Assembly: GCA_963976765.1 (NCBI GenBank)
Contig: CAXBME010000004.1
Coordinates: 248,001-312,000 of the forward strand
DNA from: an uncultured Planctomycetaceae bacterium
GTDB lineage: Bacteria > Planctomycetota > Planctomycetia > Planctomycetales > Planctomycetaceae
Length of the DNA stretch: 64,000 nt
Direction of reading: 5' to 3'
Shown here: positions 10,117 to 20,038 of the stretch, piece after piece
How positions within the stretch are numbered: the stretch's first letter is position 1
Layout of the letters: every line of letters starts with the position of its first letter
The notes under the pieces: model-generated
What the model was told of the DNA's origin: nothing
What the model saw: only the letters and a program-made list of their open reading frames with translations
Databases searched by the model: none
Program-made: the position numbers and the translations under genes

Positions 10117-12480
10117 CTACCTGTGCGTCATCAACTCACCAGTCGCGATTGCGGTGACGATACTCTCAAGTGTGAAGTCATCTTTCTCGGATTCGTTGAG
10201 GATCGCTTCGACAGTCGGGTAGTCAGCGGCAATCAGCTTGCGGCCCTTGGCGTACTCGGCAATCCGGACGATCAGATTGCGGGCAAAGGGACGAATGTCA
10301 CTCGAGAGGATCTGCTTCAAGCCGCTGATGTCATTGAAAGTCTGGCCTTTGAATCGACCTTCGGTGCTGACGTCTTGTTGCTTTGAGTACCTGGTGCGGA
10401 AACGGCCGACGGGATCAAAGGCTTCCATCGCGAAACCCAGAGGATCCATACGCTGATGACACTTCATGCAGGCCGGGTCACTGCGATGCTTCTCGAGCAT
10501 CTGTCGCACTGACTGTGCACCGTTGAGGTCGGGAACGAGAGCAGGAACTTCTTTGGGCGGTGGCGGTGGCGGAGTGCCGAGGAAATGAGCAAGCACCCAG
10601 ACACCGCGCGTCACCGGCGAGGTTTCGACTCCGTTGGATGTCAGCGTCAGCACGCTGGCGTGGCCGAGAAGTCCGCCTCGCTGCGATCCCCTGGGAATTC
10701 TGGTGAGAACCAGTTTGCCGGATGTGGTTCTGCTGTCGCCACCGTCAAACGGAATGCCGTACAGGTCAGCAAGTCGCCCGTTGAGGAATGTGTAATCCGA
10801 ATCGATGAACTCTCGAACGCTGCGGTTGTCCTGCAGCACATGACGAAAGTACTCGCGAGTTTCGGTCAGCATCGCCTGCTCAAGCGAGTCATTGTAAAAG
10901 CCAAACAGCTTATTGTCCGGTGGCATCGAGCCCAGGGAGTCAAGCGCAAGCCACTGATCGACGAAGCTCCTGCTGAATCGGTTCGAGCGCGGATCCTGCA
11001 TCATCCGCTCGACCTGATGGCGTAGAACATTCGGGTCCGTCAGCCGTCCAGAGTAAGCGAGTGAGAACAGGTCACTGTCCGGCATCGTGCTCCAGAAGAA
11101 ATACGACAGGCGACTCGCCAGTTGAAACGCATTGAGCTCTCGCTCCTCTTCGGGCAGATAAAGGAAGTCGGGTGACGCCATGATGGCGCTCATGGTCTCG
11201 ATCAAGGCCTCACGCCAGTCAGGCTTTGCGGCATACCTGCTGTTGAGATACCCCGCCCAGAGATCCATCTCGTCACGAGTCACACGGCGACGAAACGCTC
11301 GTGTGGCAAAGCGTCCCAGTACGAACAGACGTGCGCCGGCGTCCTCAAGGTTCGGGATCGTGTTGCTGCCAATGGTGGTGCGGACCGACTCAGGAGGCCA
11401 CTCATCAAAGAACGGGCCTTCGATCTTGAATTGAGTGACGCGGATGCCCGGTCCACGAAAATCGCCTCGAGCGTCCGCCGGTGTCATCTTTTTGCGTCGA
11501 AGAGCCGCACGAATCTGGGTGATTGGTTTTCCCGGTCCGTTCACAAACTGCAGATAGGGATAGAAACCCCGGTCAATCCATTTCTCGACTTGAAACGTCT
11601 GCTCTTCACCGTACTTCAGAGGAAACTTTTCTTCCTTCTGATCGAATTCACCAACGCCGGCATGATTTCCCGCACACCCGATACCAAGAATCGGAGGTGC
11701 GTTCACAGGGACAAAGGGGATCGGATAGTGCTTCTTATCAATTGCTGATGCTGTGACTGTAATCCGGTATCGCCCTGGAATTGTCATTAGTCGCGACGGA
11801 CCACCATCAACAATCTTCGTTTTGCCGACTCGGAAGATGTACGCCTTCTGACTCGCTGTTTCATACCGCCGTGTCCCTCCCGTCATTTTCGCAGTATTTA
11901 CGTTGATCAATGTTGGGCTGGGTGCTTCAGTCTCAAGTGTGAACAGTGCCTGACGAAGACTTGACTGAGCGGCATCCAGGTATTCCAGTAACAGTTCATT
12001 AGACGTCACCAGTGACCCGGCATCCGTGTCAAATGCTTCGGACACCTCGTCCTTGTAGATGAACTTACCCGGATCAAAGAGTCCGCCGCGCAGGCCAAGC
12101 AGATCTCGTACTGTGTTACTGTACTCACGCTTATTCAGTCGCCGCAGACCGGCCGTCTCGGGTACGCTCGACGTTCTGGCGAGACTCAGGAAGTGAGTTG
12201 CCAGTTGTTTCCGCTCTTCACGCGTTGGCTGCTGCTCATCATCAGGTGGCATCTGCCCACTTGAGAGCTGCTCATAGATTTGCCCGAACAATGCAAAGTT
12301 GTTGTCCGTAAGTTGATCAAGCTTTACATCGCCTTCGTGATCATCAGCGTTATGGCAGTGAACACAGTATGTCTGCAGGAGCAATCTGATGTTCGCAGGA
12401 TCCTCGGCGCGTGCATCAATGTTTGCAGAGATGCAGCAGGCGATGACGAGCAGAAATCGCACGACTAAGTTGGCATTCAT
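10117..12480 (-). CDS. DUF1592/DUF1588 (PSD-domain) planctomycete cytochrome c protein
   Basis: CVHCH and CMKCH; RRLNKREYSNTVRDLLG, ASRLSYFFWSTMPD, SPVTRGVWV; signal peptide. Confidence 0.9.
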   Translation of the reverse strand: MNANLVVRFLLVIACCISANIDARAEDPANIRLLLQTYCVHCHNADDHEGDVKLDQLTDNNFALFGQIYEQLSSGQMPPDDEQQPTREERKQLATHFLSLARTSSVPETAGLRRLNKREYSNTVRDLLGLRGGLFDPGKFIYKDEVSEAFDTDAGSLVTSNELLLEYLDAAQSSLRQALFTLETEAPSPTLINVNTAKMTGGTRRYETASQKAYIFRVGKTKIVDGGPSRLMTIPGRYRITVTASAIDKKHYPIPFVPVNAPPILGIGCAGNHAGVGEFDQKEEKFPLKYGEEQTFQVEKWIDRGFYPYLQFVNGPGKPITQIRAALRRKKMTPADARGDFRGPGIRVTQFKIEGPFFDEWPPESVRTTIGSNTIPNLEDAGARLFVLGRFATRAFRRRVTRDEMDLWAGYLNSRYAAKPDWREALIETMSAIMASPDFLYLPEEERELNAFQLASRLSYFFWSTMPDSDLFSLAYSGRLTDPNVLRHQVERMMQDPRSNRFSRSFVDQWLALDSLGSMPPDNKLFGFYNDSLEQAMLTETREYFRHVLQDNRSVREFIDSDYTFLNGRLADLYGIPFDGGDSRTTSGKLVLTRIPRGSQRGGLLGHASVLTLTSNGVETSPVTRGVWVLAHFLGTPPPPPPKEVPALVPDLNGAQSVRQMLEKHRSDPACMKCHQRMDPLGFAMEAFDPVGRFRTRYSKQQDVSTEGRFKGQTFNDISGLKQILSSDIRPFARNLIVRIAEYAKGRKLIAADYPTVEAILNESEKDDFTLESIVTAIATGELMTHR

Positions 12481-12609
12481 TATGTGTGACTCAGTCCTGG
12501 GCCAATTGATGTTGTGAGGTCAAACAGTACGAATCTGGACTTTGGCAGGAAAATGATTGCAGGAAGCCAGGCCTGGAAGTTTCCTGACGGACTGACGGAT
12601 CAGTATTGT

Positions 12610-13890
12610 TCAACTCAGATCCACTGTCCCGGTGGCATTATTAAACCGATCAACCTCGACTCCGAAGTTCTGCAGCATTGTCGTATAAAGATTGTTGAGC
12701 GGTGTTCGCTGGCCTCGTGGCAGTTGGGCATCAACGTGACCGCGGTGCTTGAACCCACCTCCGCCGATCACGGTGGGTAGATCGCGATTGCTGTGCCGGG
12801 ATGCATCACCCAGCCCCGTGCCGAACAGCACCATCGTCCTGTCGAGCAATGTTCCATCTCCGCGATTGCCCAGCGGAGAGTCCTGCAACCGGTCCATGAA
12901 GCGAGCCATCTGCTCGATGTAAAACCGGTCGATAATCTGCAACTGGCGCAGTTGCTGAGCCACGTTGCCATGATGCGACAGGCCGTGATAGCCGCCGGAG
13001 ACTCCATCGAGTTCGATCGTCCGATTGTGCATGCCGAAACCAGCCGTGAAGACTCGACTGGAATCCGACTGAATGGCGAGGAACAGCAGATCAAACATCA
13101 GCGGCGCCAGGAATCCATAGTCCATGTCCGAATGAGGATGACCGGTCGCGTCATAGTCAACATCTGGTCTGGGGGTATTCAGCCAGCGTTGCATGCCCTG
13201 CAGCTTGACCTCTGCCTCTCGAATCGCAGTCAGGTACTCGTCCAGCTTCTTTCTATCGGAAGGACTCGTGCGTCGCTCAAACTGTTTCGTCTGCGCGCGA
13301 AGCAGGTCGAGGATGCTGCCCTGGTCCTTCAGTTCCTGCTCACGTGCCTTGTTGGCCGCCGCAGAGTTATTCACAAACAGCAGCTTAAACAGGTTGCGAG
13401 GATCTGAATCTTCGCGCACTCTGATCCCGGACTTCGTCCAGGAAGCCCCCAGTGTCCCACCAATGCACACGTGCAGTGAGGGAAACCGCGTTTGATAACC
13501 CACATGATCGGCGGCCACCTGATCCACGGAAATGGCGGTCCCGGCCGGTGCACCGTCGGGGCTGACTCCGCTGAGTACGGATTTCATCGCACCGTGTTTG
13601 GAGAAGATGCCGGGGTGATCCATGTGCGAAAACACAGTGAACCGGTCCTGCATCTTTGCGAGCGGCTGCAGTGTCGGCGAAAGCTCATAATCAGCGCCGA
13701 ACGATCTGGGAAAGAACGCTCCCGGATACATTCCCAGTGCGCTGCTGATGCAGACCATCCGCATTGGCTCGCCAATGTCCTTCCTGACTGGAGCCGCCAG
13801 CGACTCCAGAGTCGGCAGAGCGATCGTCACTCCTGTCGCCTTCAGGAACTGGCGACGGCTGTTACTCAATCCGGTCATTGTTTTACTCAT
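12610..13890 (-). CDS. DUF1552 (HXXSHH) protein, Tat-exported
   Basis: SRRQFLKA Tat motif, ISVDQVAA, KLDEYLTAIRE, YHGLSHHG. Confidence 0.9.
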   Translation of the reverse strand: MSKTMTGLSNSRRQFLKATGVTIALPTLESLAAPVRKDIGEPMRMVCISSALGMYPGAFFPRSFGADYELSPTLQPLAKMQDRFTVFSHMDHPGIFSKHGAMKSVLSGVSPDGAPAGTAISVDQVAADHVGYQTRFPSLHVCIGGTLGASWTKSGIRVREDSDPRNLFKLLFVNNSAAANKAREQELKDQGSILDLLRAQTKQFERRTSPSDRKKLDEYLTAIREAEVKLQGMQRWLNTPRPDVDYDATGHPHSDMDYGFLAPLMFDLLFLAIQSDSSRVFTAGFGMHNRTIELDGVSGGYHGLSHHGNVAQQLRQLQIIDRFYIEQMARFMDRLQDSPLGNRGDGTLLDRTMVLFGTGLGDASRHSNRDLPTVIGGGGFKHRGHVDAQLPRGQRTPLNNLYTTMLQNFGVEVDRFNNATGTVDLS

Positions 13891-13968
13891 GATTCGTTTC
13901 ACTTCTGGTAATCGGCCGCCATTCAGCAACAGACCTGCACATGTTCATTCAGCGCGGTGCCTTCTGTC

Positions 13969-13998
13969 ATCTGTGCCAGTCTGTGTTCCATCCGTGCC
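13969..13998. repeat. CACRGAT-periodic element, copy B (right arm clear, left arm degenerate)
   Basis: ATCTGTGCCAGTCTGTGTTCCATCCGTGCC immediately after the stop of the 13999-15534 gene. Confidence 0.65.
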
Positions 13999-15534
13999 CT
14001 ACTGTTGCTTGTTTCCCCGAACCTGCTTCTGGCGGGCCTTCCGTCGCTTTGCCGTGCGTGATGTCTCGTCGCTCGACTTCAGATGACGACTCATCTTCTC
14101 CAGATCTTCCGCCGTTGGACTGCCGCCGAACTGTGCGTAGTACAGTTCCTGAAACGGATTGATTCCTGGCCCGACGGCATTCTCATTGACCATCAATGGT
14201 TGCACTTCCTGCCACCACTGGTCGTAAGTCGCACGAAGTTCCGCAACAACTTCGGGATGTTTGCTGATGACGTTTGTCGTCTCGCCTGGATCAACCATCA
14301 GGTCATACAGTTCTGTGTTGTTGACCAGAGTAAACCGCGAATTCTGAATCGCCGACTTAGCAAACTTCGCCTGTGCCGCACCGCCGTTGCTCCAGCGACC
14401 GGCGTGATGCACGAGCATCCGGTCACCCCATTCAGCTTTCGGATTCTTCAGCAGCGAAACCAGACTGCGGCCTTCAAGCTGGCGTTGCATCTTTGGTGTC
14501 GTGCTCGCACCGGTGATCTCAATCAGCGTGGAAAACAGATCAACGTGCGCAGTCAGAGCGTCACACTGTTCACCAGCGGGAACGCCACCAGCAGGCCAAC
14601 GGACAAAGACCGGCGACAGCGTGCCGCCCTGATTCACCGTGTTCTTGCCACCCTTCAAACCGGAGTTGAAGATTCTTCTGCTGATTCCGCCGCCATTGTC
14701 AGTGCCGAGGTAGATCAGCAGCGTGTTGTCTTCGATGTCCCACTCTTTGAGCTTCGTCAGCAACTTACCGAAGTTCGTGTCGACGTTTTCGACCATACCG
14801 AGATACTTCGCCAGGTCAGCACTCACCCCTTCCTTGCCAACATAGTTTGTGCAGTATTCGTCCGGCACGACGTGCGGGCCATGCGCGGCGTTCAGTGAGA
14901 CATAGGCAAAGAATGGCTGCTTCGCTTCCCGCCGGGAATTCATCCATTTAATCGACTGGTCAAAGAACAGGTCAGTACAGTAACCCTTCGTCCTGACGAA
15001 CGTGCCGTTGTGCCACAATGTTGGATTGATGTTGGAATTGCCGGGCGCGTCGCCACAGGAACCAGGAAACGTCTGACCGATTCCCCCCGCACCGTGAATG
15101 TAAACTTCGTCAAACCCGCGACTCTCCGGTCGATAGGCTTCCTCATCACCAAGATGCCATTTTCCGAAGATGCCGGTCGTATACCCCACCGTCTTGAGCA
15201 TCTGCGGCAGCGTGAACGTATCGAGACTCATCCGCTCACGTTCGAGAATGGTGTGAGTCACTCCGCACTTGAACTCATGCCGCCCGCTCATCAGCGCCGC
15301 CCGAGTCGGCGCACAGGTCGGGCTGACATGAAATTGCGTGAAAAGAAGGCTCTCCTTCATGAACGCATCAACTGATGGCGTCTTCAGGACCGGATTGCCG
15401 AGGCAGCCATAGTCTCCATAAGCCAGGTCATCCGGCATGACGATGATGATGTTGGGCTTTGCCGAGTTGGACTCCGCATACAAAGTGAGCGGAATCAGCA
15501 GCAGGAGAAGCAACCCGATAAAGTTCGTCTTCAT
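13999..15534 (-). CDS. Arylsulfatase-like Cys-type sulfatase, secreted
   Basis: PNIIIVMPDDLAYGD, CAPTR, GKWHLG and TDNG; signal peptide. Confidence 0.93.
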   Translation of the reverse strand: MKTNFIGLLLLLLIPLTLYAESNSAKPNIIIVMPDDLAYGDYGCLGNPVLKTPSVDAFMKESLLFTQFHVSPTCAPTRAALMSGRHEFKCGVTHTILERERMSLDTFTLPQMLKTVGYTTGIFGKWHLGDEEAYRPESRGFDEVYIHGAGGIGQTFPGSCGDAPGNSNINPTLWHNGTFVRTKGYCTDLFFDQSIKWMNSRREAKQPFFAYVSLNAAHGPHVVPDEYCTNYVGKEGVSADLAKYLGMVENVDTNFGKLLTKLKEWDIEDNTLLIYLGTDNGGGISRRIFNSGLKGGKNTVNQGGTLSPVFVRWPAGGVPAGEQCDALTAHVDLFSTLIEITGASTTPKMQRQLEGRSLVSLLKNPKAEWGDRMLVHHAGRWSNGGAAQAKFAKSAIQNSRFTLVNNTELYDLMVDPGETTNVISKHPEVVAELRATYDQWWQEVQPLMVNENAVGPGINPFQELYYAQFGGSPTAEDLEKMSRHLKSSDETSRTAKRRKARQKQVRGNKQQ

Positions 15535-15564
15535 TGTTTACTACCAGTTCTTTGCTGTGAGTTA

Positions 15565-16500
15565 CTACTGCTTAGCGAGATGCAGCCTGGAGAGGACCGT
15601 ACGGAAGCCGACTGTGTTGCGGCGTTGCTCTCCCGGGGCGTAGTAGCGATTGGCTGACCGACAGTAGAAGCCTGGATTGCCATGACGCGCATCTCTGAGG
15701 ACCCGCTTTGGTGCGGGAGTGAGTTGCACCGGATCAACGCCGGCCTTTGGACTTTCGTGGTACCAGTCGAGACACCACTCACACAGGTTGCCATGCATGT
15801 CGTGTAAGCCCCAGGCATTGGCCGGGTAACTGCCAACCTCTGCCGTTCGGCTGAGGTTCGGACCTTCTTCGGCTCCGTTGTAAGGCTTCCGTCCATCGAA
15901 ATTCGCCTGCCGGCTGCTCACCTTGTCACCGAAGTACGTTGCGGTCAGCGTCCCGGCTCGGCAGGCGTATTCCCATTCCGCGTCGGTTGGCAAACGATAC
16001 TCGAAACCCTTCGGCAGCTTGCCAGCCTCACGATCAAGCTGTGTAAGCTTTCGACAGAATTCATTCGCCTCGGCGTGGTTGATTTTATAGACCGGAAAAC
16101 GAGCGCCAGAGCCAACGTCGCGTCGCTCCTTGATCGTTCCCATCACTCGTTCCCATTTCGCTTGAGTGACCTCATACCGACCAATCAAAAACGGCTGAGT
16201 GTGCGTCACTTCTTGAAGCAGTTCTCCTGGTTTTCGATTCGATTCGCCTTTTGGACTTCCCATGGAAAATGTTCCCGGTGGGATCACACACAACTGCATC
16301 CCAATCGAGTTGTGGAATGGAACCTTGACCCCGAGATGATCGGCCCAGGTCTTCTGCACGGCTTGAGCCTGTTCTGCGCTAAGCGCGTGCTCTGTCATCA
16401 GGACGCGCGCCGGTTCGTCGGAGTCTTCTGCATGTGTGGTCGATGCAATTAAGAACATCGCTGCAGACACTGACACGGTGATGAGGGAACGAGTTGTCAT
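15565..16500 (-). CDS. FGE-sulfatase (SUMF1-like) domain protein, secreted
   Basis: IPPGTFSMGS, YEVTQ, RLPTDAEWEYACRAG, ANAWGLHDMHGNLCEWC, GFR; lacks the canonical FGE catalytic Cys pair. Confidence 0.88.
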   Translation of the reverse strand: MTTRSLITVSVSAAMFLIASTTHAEDSDEPARVLMTEHALSAEQAQAVQKTWADHLGVKVPFHNSIGMQLCVIPPGTFSMGSPKGESNRKPGELLQEVTHTQPFLIGRYEVTQAKWERVMGTIKERRDVGSGARFPVYKINHAEANEFCRKLTQLDREAGKLPKGFEYRLPTDAEWEYACRAGTLTATYFGDKVSSRQANFDGRKPYNGAEEGPNLSRTAEVGSYPANAWGLHDMHGNLCEWCLDWYHESPKAGVDPVQLTPAPKRVLRDARHGNPGFYCRSANRYYAPGEQRRNTVGFRTVLSRLHLAKQ

Positions 16501-16554
16501 TTGTTATTGTCATTTCCTGCAATACACGCCAACGAAAGTATTGATGACAAACAG

Positions 16555-16628
16555 GCCGCAAATGAACACAGAGGCCCGCGGTGATGCGTGAGGTAAGTTA
16601 TTAGTTCTACCAGTGTTTCATCTGTGGC
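16555..16628. repeat. CACRGAT-periodic palindromic element, copy C
   Basis: GCCGCAAATGAACACAGAG (16555-16573) ... CAGTGTTTCATCTGTGGC (16611-16628). Confidence 0.65.
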
Positions 16629-16670
16629 TGTGTGACCGCTGATTGTGTCACAGCTTGAAGGTCGAGCGGA

Positions 16671-19600
16671 TTATCTGGACGAAAGGCACACAACAGAACC
16701 ATCTTTCAGGCAGACGAAGTAACTGCCGTGAGCAATTGCGATGCCGTCCCAGACCGGCGCCGCGTCGAAACGCAGTTCCTGCAACTGGCGACCGTCGCTG
16801 GCGTCAAACAGCCAGGCGATACCGCCTTTCTCGCCAGCGTAAGAGGCGTTGGTGTCTTCGACGGTAAAGCCCTTCAACATCGGAACGCCAGCAGCCATCA
16901 CCGTGTTCTCGGCGGCGACAACCGCGTGACCGGCGAAGGGCGTCGGCGTTTGCCACCGTTGTTCCCATCTGCCCAGGGCCGGAATCGCGCCGCCTCGATT
17001 GTCGGGCTTCTCATTTCCGCCCACGCCACCGTAGCTTCCTGAGTAGACGGAGTAGAGCTCCAATTGATCGAGATTGCGTCCTCGACCTGGTAGATTGCGA
17101 CCGGGCGCGTAGCCACGGATTTCATAGAACAGCTTGCCGTCGAAGGCGATCGTGTCACCTGCCGGACCGGAGCCGAACTTACCCATCGCGCCCCCGTACC
17201 GAAGATCCCGATCCACTGTCCAGTAGGTGCGGTGCTGGGGCGAGCTGTTCAGAAAACCGGGCGAAGCCATCAGGTGCAGGGTCTTGACGCTTTCCGACAC
17301 GATGGGAGTCAGATCGGACTTGAAGGCTTGGTTCCGCATAAACAGTTCGTTGCCCGTGCAGGAAAAGATGTCGCCCTTGCAGCCTTCCAACTGAAAGGTC
17401 CCGCTGGCTTGAACCGGAAAACTGAGTGTGTCGTCCTCGTAGGGTCCCTGCATGATTCTGCTGTGCTTCATCACGCCGGAAATCGGATCGAGTCCAAACA
17501 CCGCAATGCCGCCGTCAAGAAACGTGCTGCGTCCCGCCGCAAAGTAGGCGGTGTCGTCATGAATCATGATGCTGCCATGTACCGGCCAGGCGGATTCCAG
17601 ACGCCCCGTATCACAGATCAGCCGCCGCTGCGGCATACCACTGAATGTCCACACCAACTGACCGTCGGACGCTCGCAGACAGTACACCGATCCGCCACGA
17701 CTACCGACAAGGATTAAGCCTTTGTAGTAGGTCGGCGGGCTGTCGATGCGGCCGTCAGCGATGAATGACCAGCGAGTTTCACCGCTCTCTCGATTCAGCG
17801 AGTAGAGCGTATAGCCATCGCGATCGGCGACAAACACACTGTCACCAGCGACCACCGGAGCGGTGGGATGCGACCCGACATCGATTTTCCATCTGACCGC
17901 CAGGTCTACTGCCGTACGTCCCGAAGTGACTCCACTGCGCATGCTCGAATAACGATAAGTCGGCCAGTCATTTGCCGAGGCAGCAGCGCCCTCAAGTTCA
18001 CCGAACGCTGGCCCTTTCACCAGACGCGGCTCGACTTTGACGTTAAAGCGGCGATCGGTGTTGTCAGACCCGTTGTAGAAACCGTTCACACCGGTAGCCA
18101 TCGTGGCAATCGCACACTGACAGACATAGGGACCGTTGTAGAGCATCCCGTTAGCCGGCATCACGGCCAGACCGCACGTCGAACGTGCCCACGGATTCGG
18201 CGACTCCGCCGTTCCGTCCAGTTTCACGAAGTCGCTGCCGCCCGTGGCACTGTTCAGGTAGTAGCGATGCGTGATCCGATTGCGGTAGCAGCGGTCATGC
18301 GACATCGGACCGGTCATTTCCTGCGACAACGTCCGAACAACGTTTCCGGTTGCGGCCTCACGCCCCTGCAGATCGCGACTCCACACCAGTCCGTCGGCGA
18401 CAAAGATGTCGGTGCTCTTCATGTAGTTCTGACCGGCACTTTCTGACCAGAGCGTTCTGCCGTCCTCAAGACTCTTCGCCGTCACCGAGCCATGAATGCC
18501 GCTCAGCACGATGTCATCAGTCAGCACCAGTGTGGGATGAACATTGGCAGAGAACTCTGCCGAGGCAACCGGTTTCTTTCCCCTTCGTTTAGCACGACTC
18601 GCCTCGTCGGTCGTCGGTGGAGCCTTTGGGATTGGTACAGCCTCAGTCCACAACGCCTTGCCACTTGCACTGTCGAGACACGTCAATCCACTCGTGCTGT
18701 GATACACAAGCCGACTGCCTTTGACCGCAAACGTGCCTCCGGTGTACTCGTCGTCAATGGCGAGACTCCAGCGTTCCTCGCCGTCAGTCAGACTGACGGC
18801 GCATAGTTCAAAGCGACCGTCCGACGCCGGTGCTCTCGGCAGCTTGTACGGAGTTCCTTTGATCGCGTAGAGAATGCTGCCATCGATCGCGAATTCTGTG
18901 GTGTGCTTTGTGTGCTCATAAACCTGCCTGACAGCACCCGTTCGAATTGCCAATGACGTGACGGGCTCGCCGAATCCATCGCAGACGTAAACATTTCTGC
19001 CGACGGCGGCGAGGCATCGTTGCTGCTGAGTGGGGATGGATTTAATGCTGCCCGTCTGCCACTTATTCCAGTGCTCCATCGGCCGCTTCCACAGTTCGAT
19101 GCCATTGAAGCCGTCGCGTGCCACCAGGTAGTACTCAACCGGCGCGTTGACATCTTCGGTCGTCGCCCGGTCCTCGATGGTCAACAACACGCCATCGGCG
19201 GAGACCATATTGGTAAAGGACGGGGCCATCGCCTTCGATCTTCCGTACTCCGGCGTGTCATGCCAGCGGAGTCGCTGAGGAGGCCCGACATCATCCTGCG
19301 CGACTCCATTGTTATCCGCCCCGTGTAGAAACTGATTCCACTCGTCGTGACCGTCAGGAAGTGGCTTTGCTTTTTTCTTCCATCCGTTCGCTCCTTCGGT
19401 CACGAGTCGACCGCCGGGAACGAGCACTCGCAGCAGTTCGGCCTCCGGCACTTCACACGACGCTTTGCATAAGACGAGATTCACCAGACTGTCCACATAA
19501 GGCAGCTCCCGACCGTTATAGAGGTCGCACGAAACCTTCCCGTAGACGCCGGCTTCTTGAATCACCTTCCGAGCCGCTGCAACCTGCGCCTCGTCTCGAA

Positions 19601-19835
19601 GCAATGCATGAACGGTGAACGGCCCGTCAACCGCCAGCTCCGCGATGGACTGTCCATCCTCGAAATCCAGTGCGACGACAATGCCGCCGCTGAACTTGAA
19701 CTGCTCAACAAATCCCGGTTCCGCTCGCACAAGACCCGGCAGCAAACCGGTCACAAAGACAACATAGGCGAAGAACTTCATCATGCGTCGGTCTTTAATA
19801 CTTCGTGAATCATGGTAAGGAGGCTCGTGAATCAT
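16671..19835 (-). CDS. PQQ-like beta-propeller repeat protein with a degenerate N-terminal SAM-methyltransferase-like domain
   Basis: Repeated G-x-x-x-W docking motifs (GIELWK, GEERWS, GKALWT, GETRWS, GQLVWT); LPYVDSLVNL...LLRVLVPGG; alternative start 19784 carries a signal peptide. Confidence 0.8.
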   Translation of the reverse strand: MIHEPPYHDSRSIKDRRMMKFFAYVVFVTGLLPGLVRAEPGFVEQFKFSGGIVVALDFEDGQSIAELAVDGPFTVHALLRDEAQVAAARKVIQEAGVYGKVSCDLYNGRELPYVDSLVNLVLCKASCEVPEAELLRVLVPGGRLVTEGANGWKKKAKPLPDGHDEWNQFLHGADNNGVAQDDVGPPQRLRWHDTPEYGRSKAMAPSFTNMVSADGVLLTIEDRATTEDVNAPVEYYLVARDGFNGIELWKRPMEHWNKWQTGSIKSIPTQQQRCLAAVGRNVYVCDGFGEPVTSLAIRTGAVRQVYEHTKHTTEFAIDGSILYAIKGTPYKLPRAPASDGRFELCAVSLTDGEERWSLAIDDEYTGGTFAVKGSRLVYHSTSGLTCLDSASGKALWTEAVPIPKAPPTTDEASRAKRRGKKPVASAEFSANVHPTLVLTDDIVLSGIHGSVTAKSLEDGRTLWSESAGQNYMKSTDIFVADGLVWSRDLQGREAATGNVVRTLSQEMTGPMSHDRCYRNRITHRYYLNSATGGSDFVKLDGTAESPNPWARSTCGLAVMPANGMLYNGPYVCQCAIATMATGVNGFYNGSDNTDRRFNVKVEPRLVKGPAFGELEGAAASANDWPTYRYSSMRSGVTSGRTAVDLAVRWKIDVGSHPTAPVVAGDSVFVADRDGYTLYSLNRESGETRWSFIADGRIDSPPTYYKGLILVGSRGGSVYCLRASDGQLVWTFSGMPQRRLICDTGRLESAWPVHGSIMIHDDTAYFAAGRSTFLDGGIAVFGLDPISGVMKHSRIMQGPYEDDTLSFPVQASGTFQLEGCKGDIFSCTGNELFMRNQAFKSDLTPIVSESVKTLHLMASPGFLNSSPQHRTYWTVDRDLRYGGAMGKFGSGPAGDTIAFDGKLFYEIRGYAPGRNLPGRGRNLDQLELYSVYSGSYGGVGGNEKPDNRGGAIPALGRWEQRWQTPTPFAGHAVVAAENTVMAAGVPMLKGFTVEDTNASYAGEKGGIAWLFDASDGRQLQELRFDAAPVWDGIAIAHGSYFVCLKDGSVVCLSSR

Positions 19836-20038
19836 GGGTTGCCCGCTTCTAATGCTTGTGGAACTTTGCCGAGCCAGTCAGGGACTCCGTCGTCGCGGAG
19901 GCTCTCGTACTTCTTCCCGTAGCTTTCCGTGCCACCGTTCATGAGTGACGTTGAATCAGCTGCGAAATCAGGCTTGTCCACCGCGATTAAACTGCTGGCA
20001 ATCAGCAGGATGATCACTGTGAGGTGCATTCTGGTCAT
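19832..20038 (-). CDS. Small hypothetical protein with signal-like N-terminus (possible gene remnant)
   Basis: 68-aa ORF with ATGA overlaps to both neighbours; hydrophobic N-terminus. Confidence 0.5.
   Translation of the reverse strand: MTRMHLTVIILLIASSLIAVDKPDFAADSTSLMNGGTESYGKKYESLRDDGVPDWLGKVPQALEAGNP

Noticed and set aside
16671..19835. Calling this gene bamB
   Set aside because: It is 1054 aa with no lipobox, has extra domains and sits in the wrong context.
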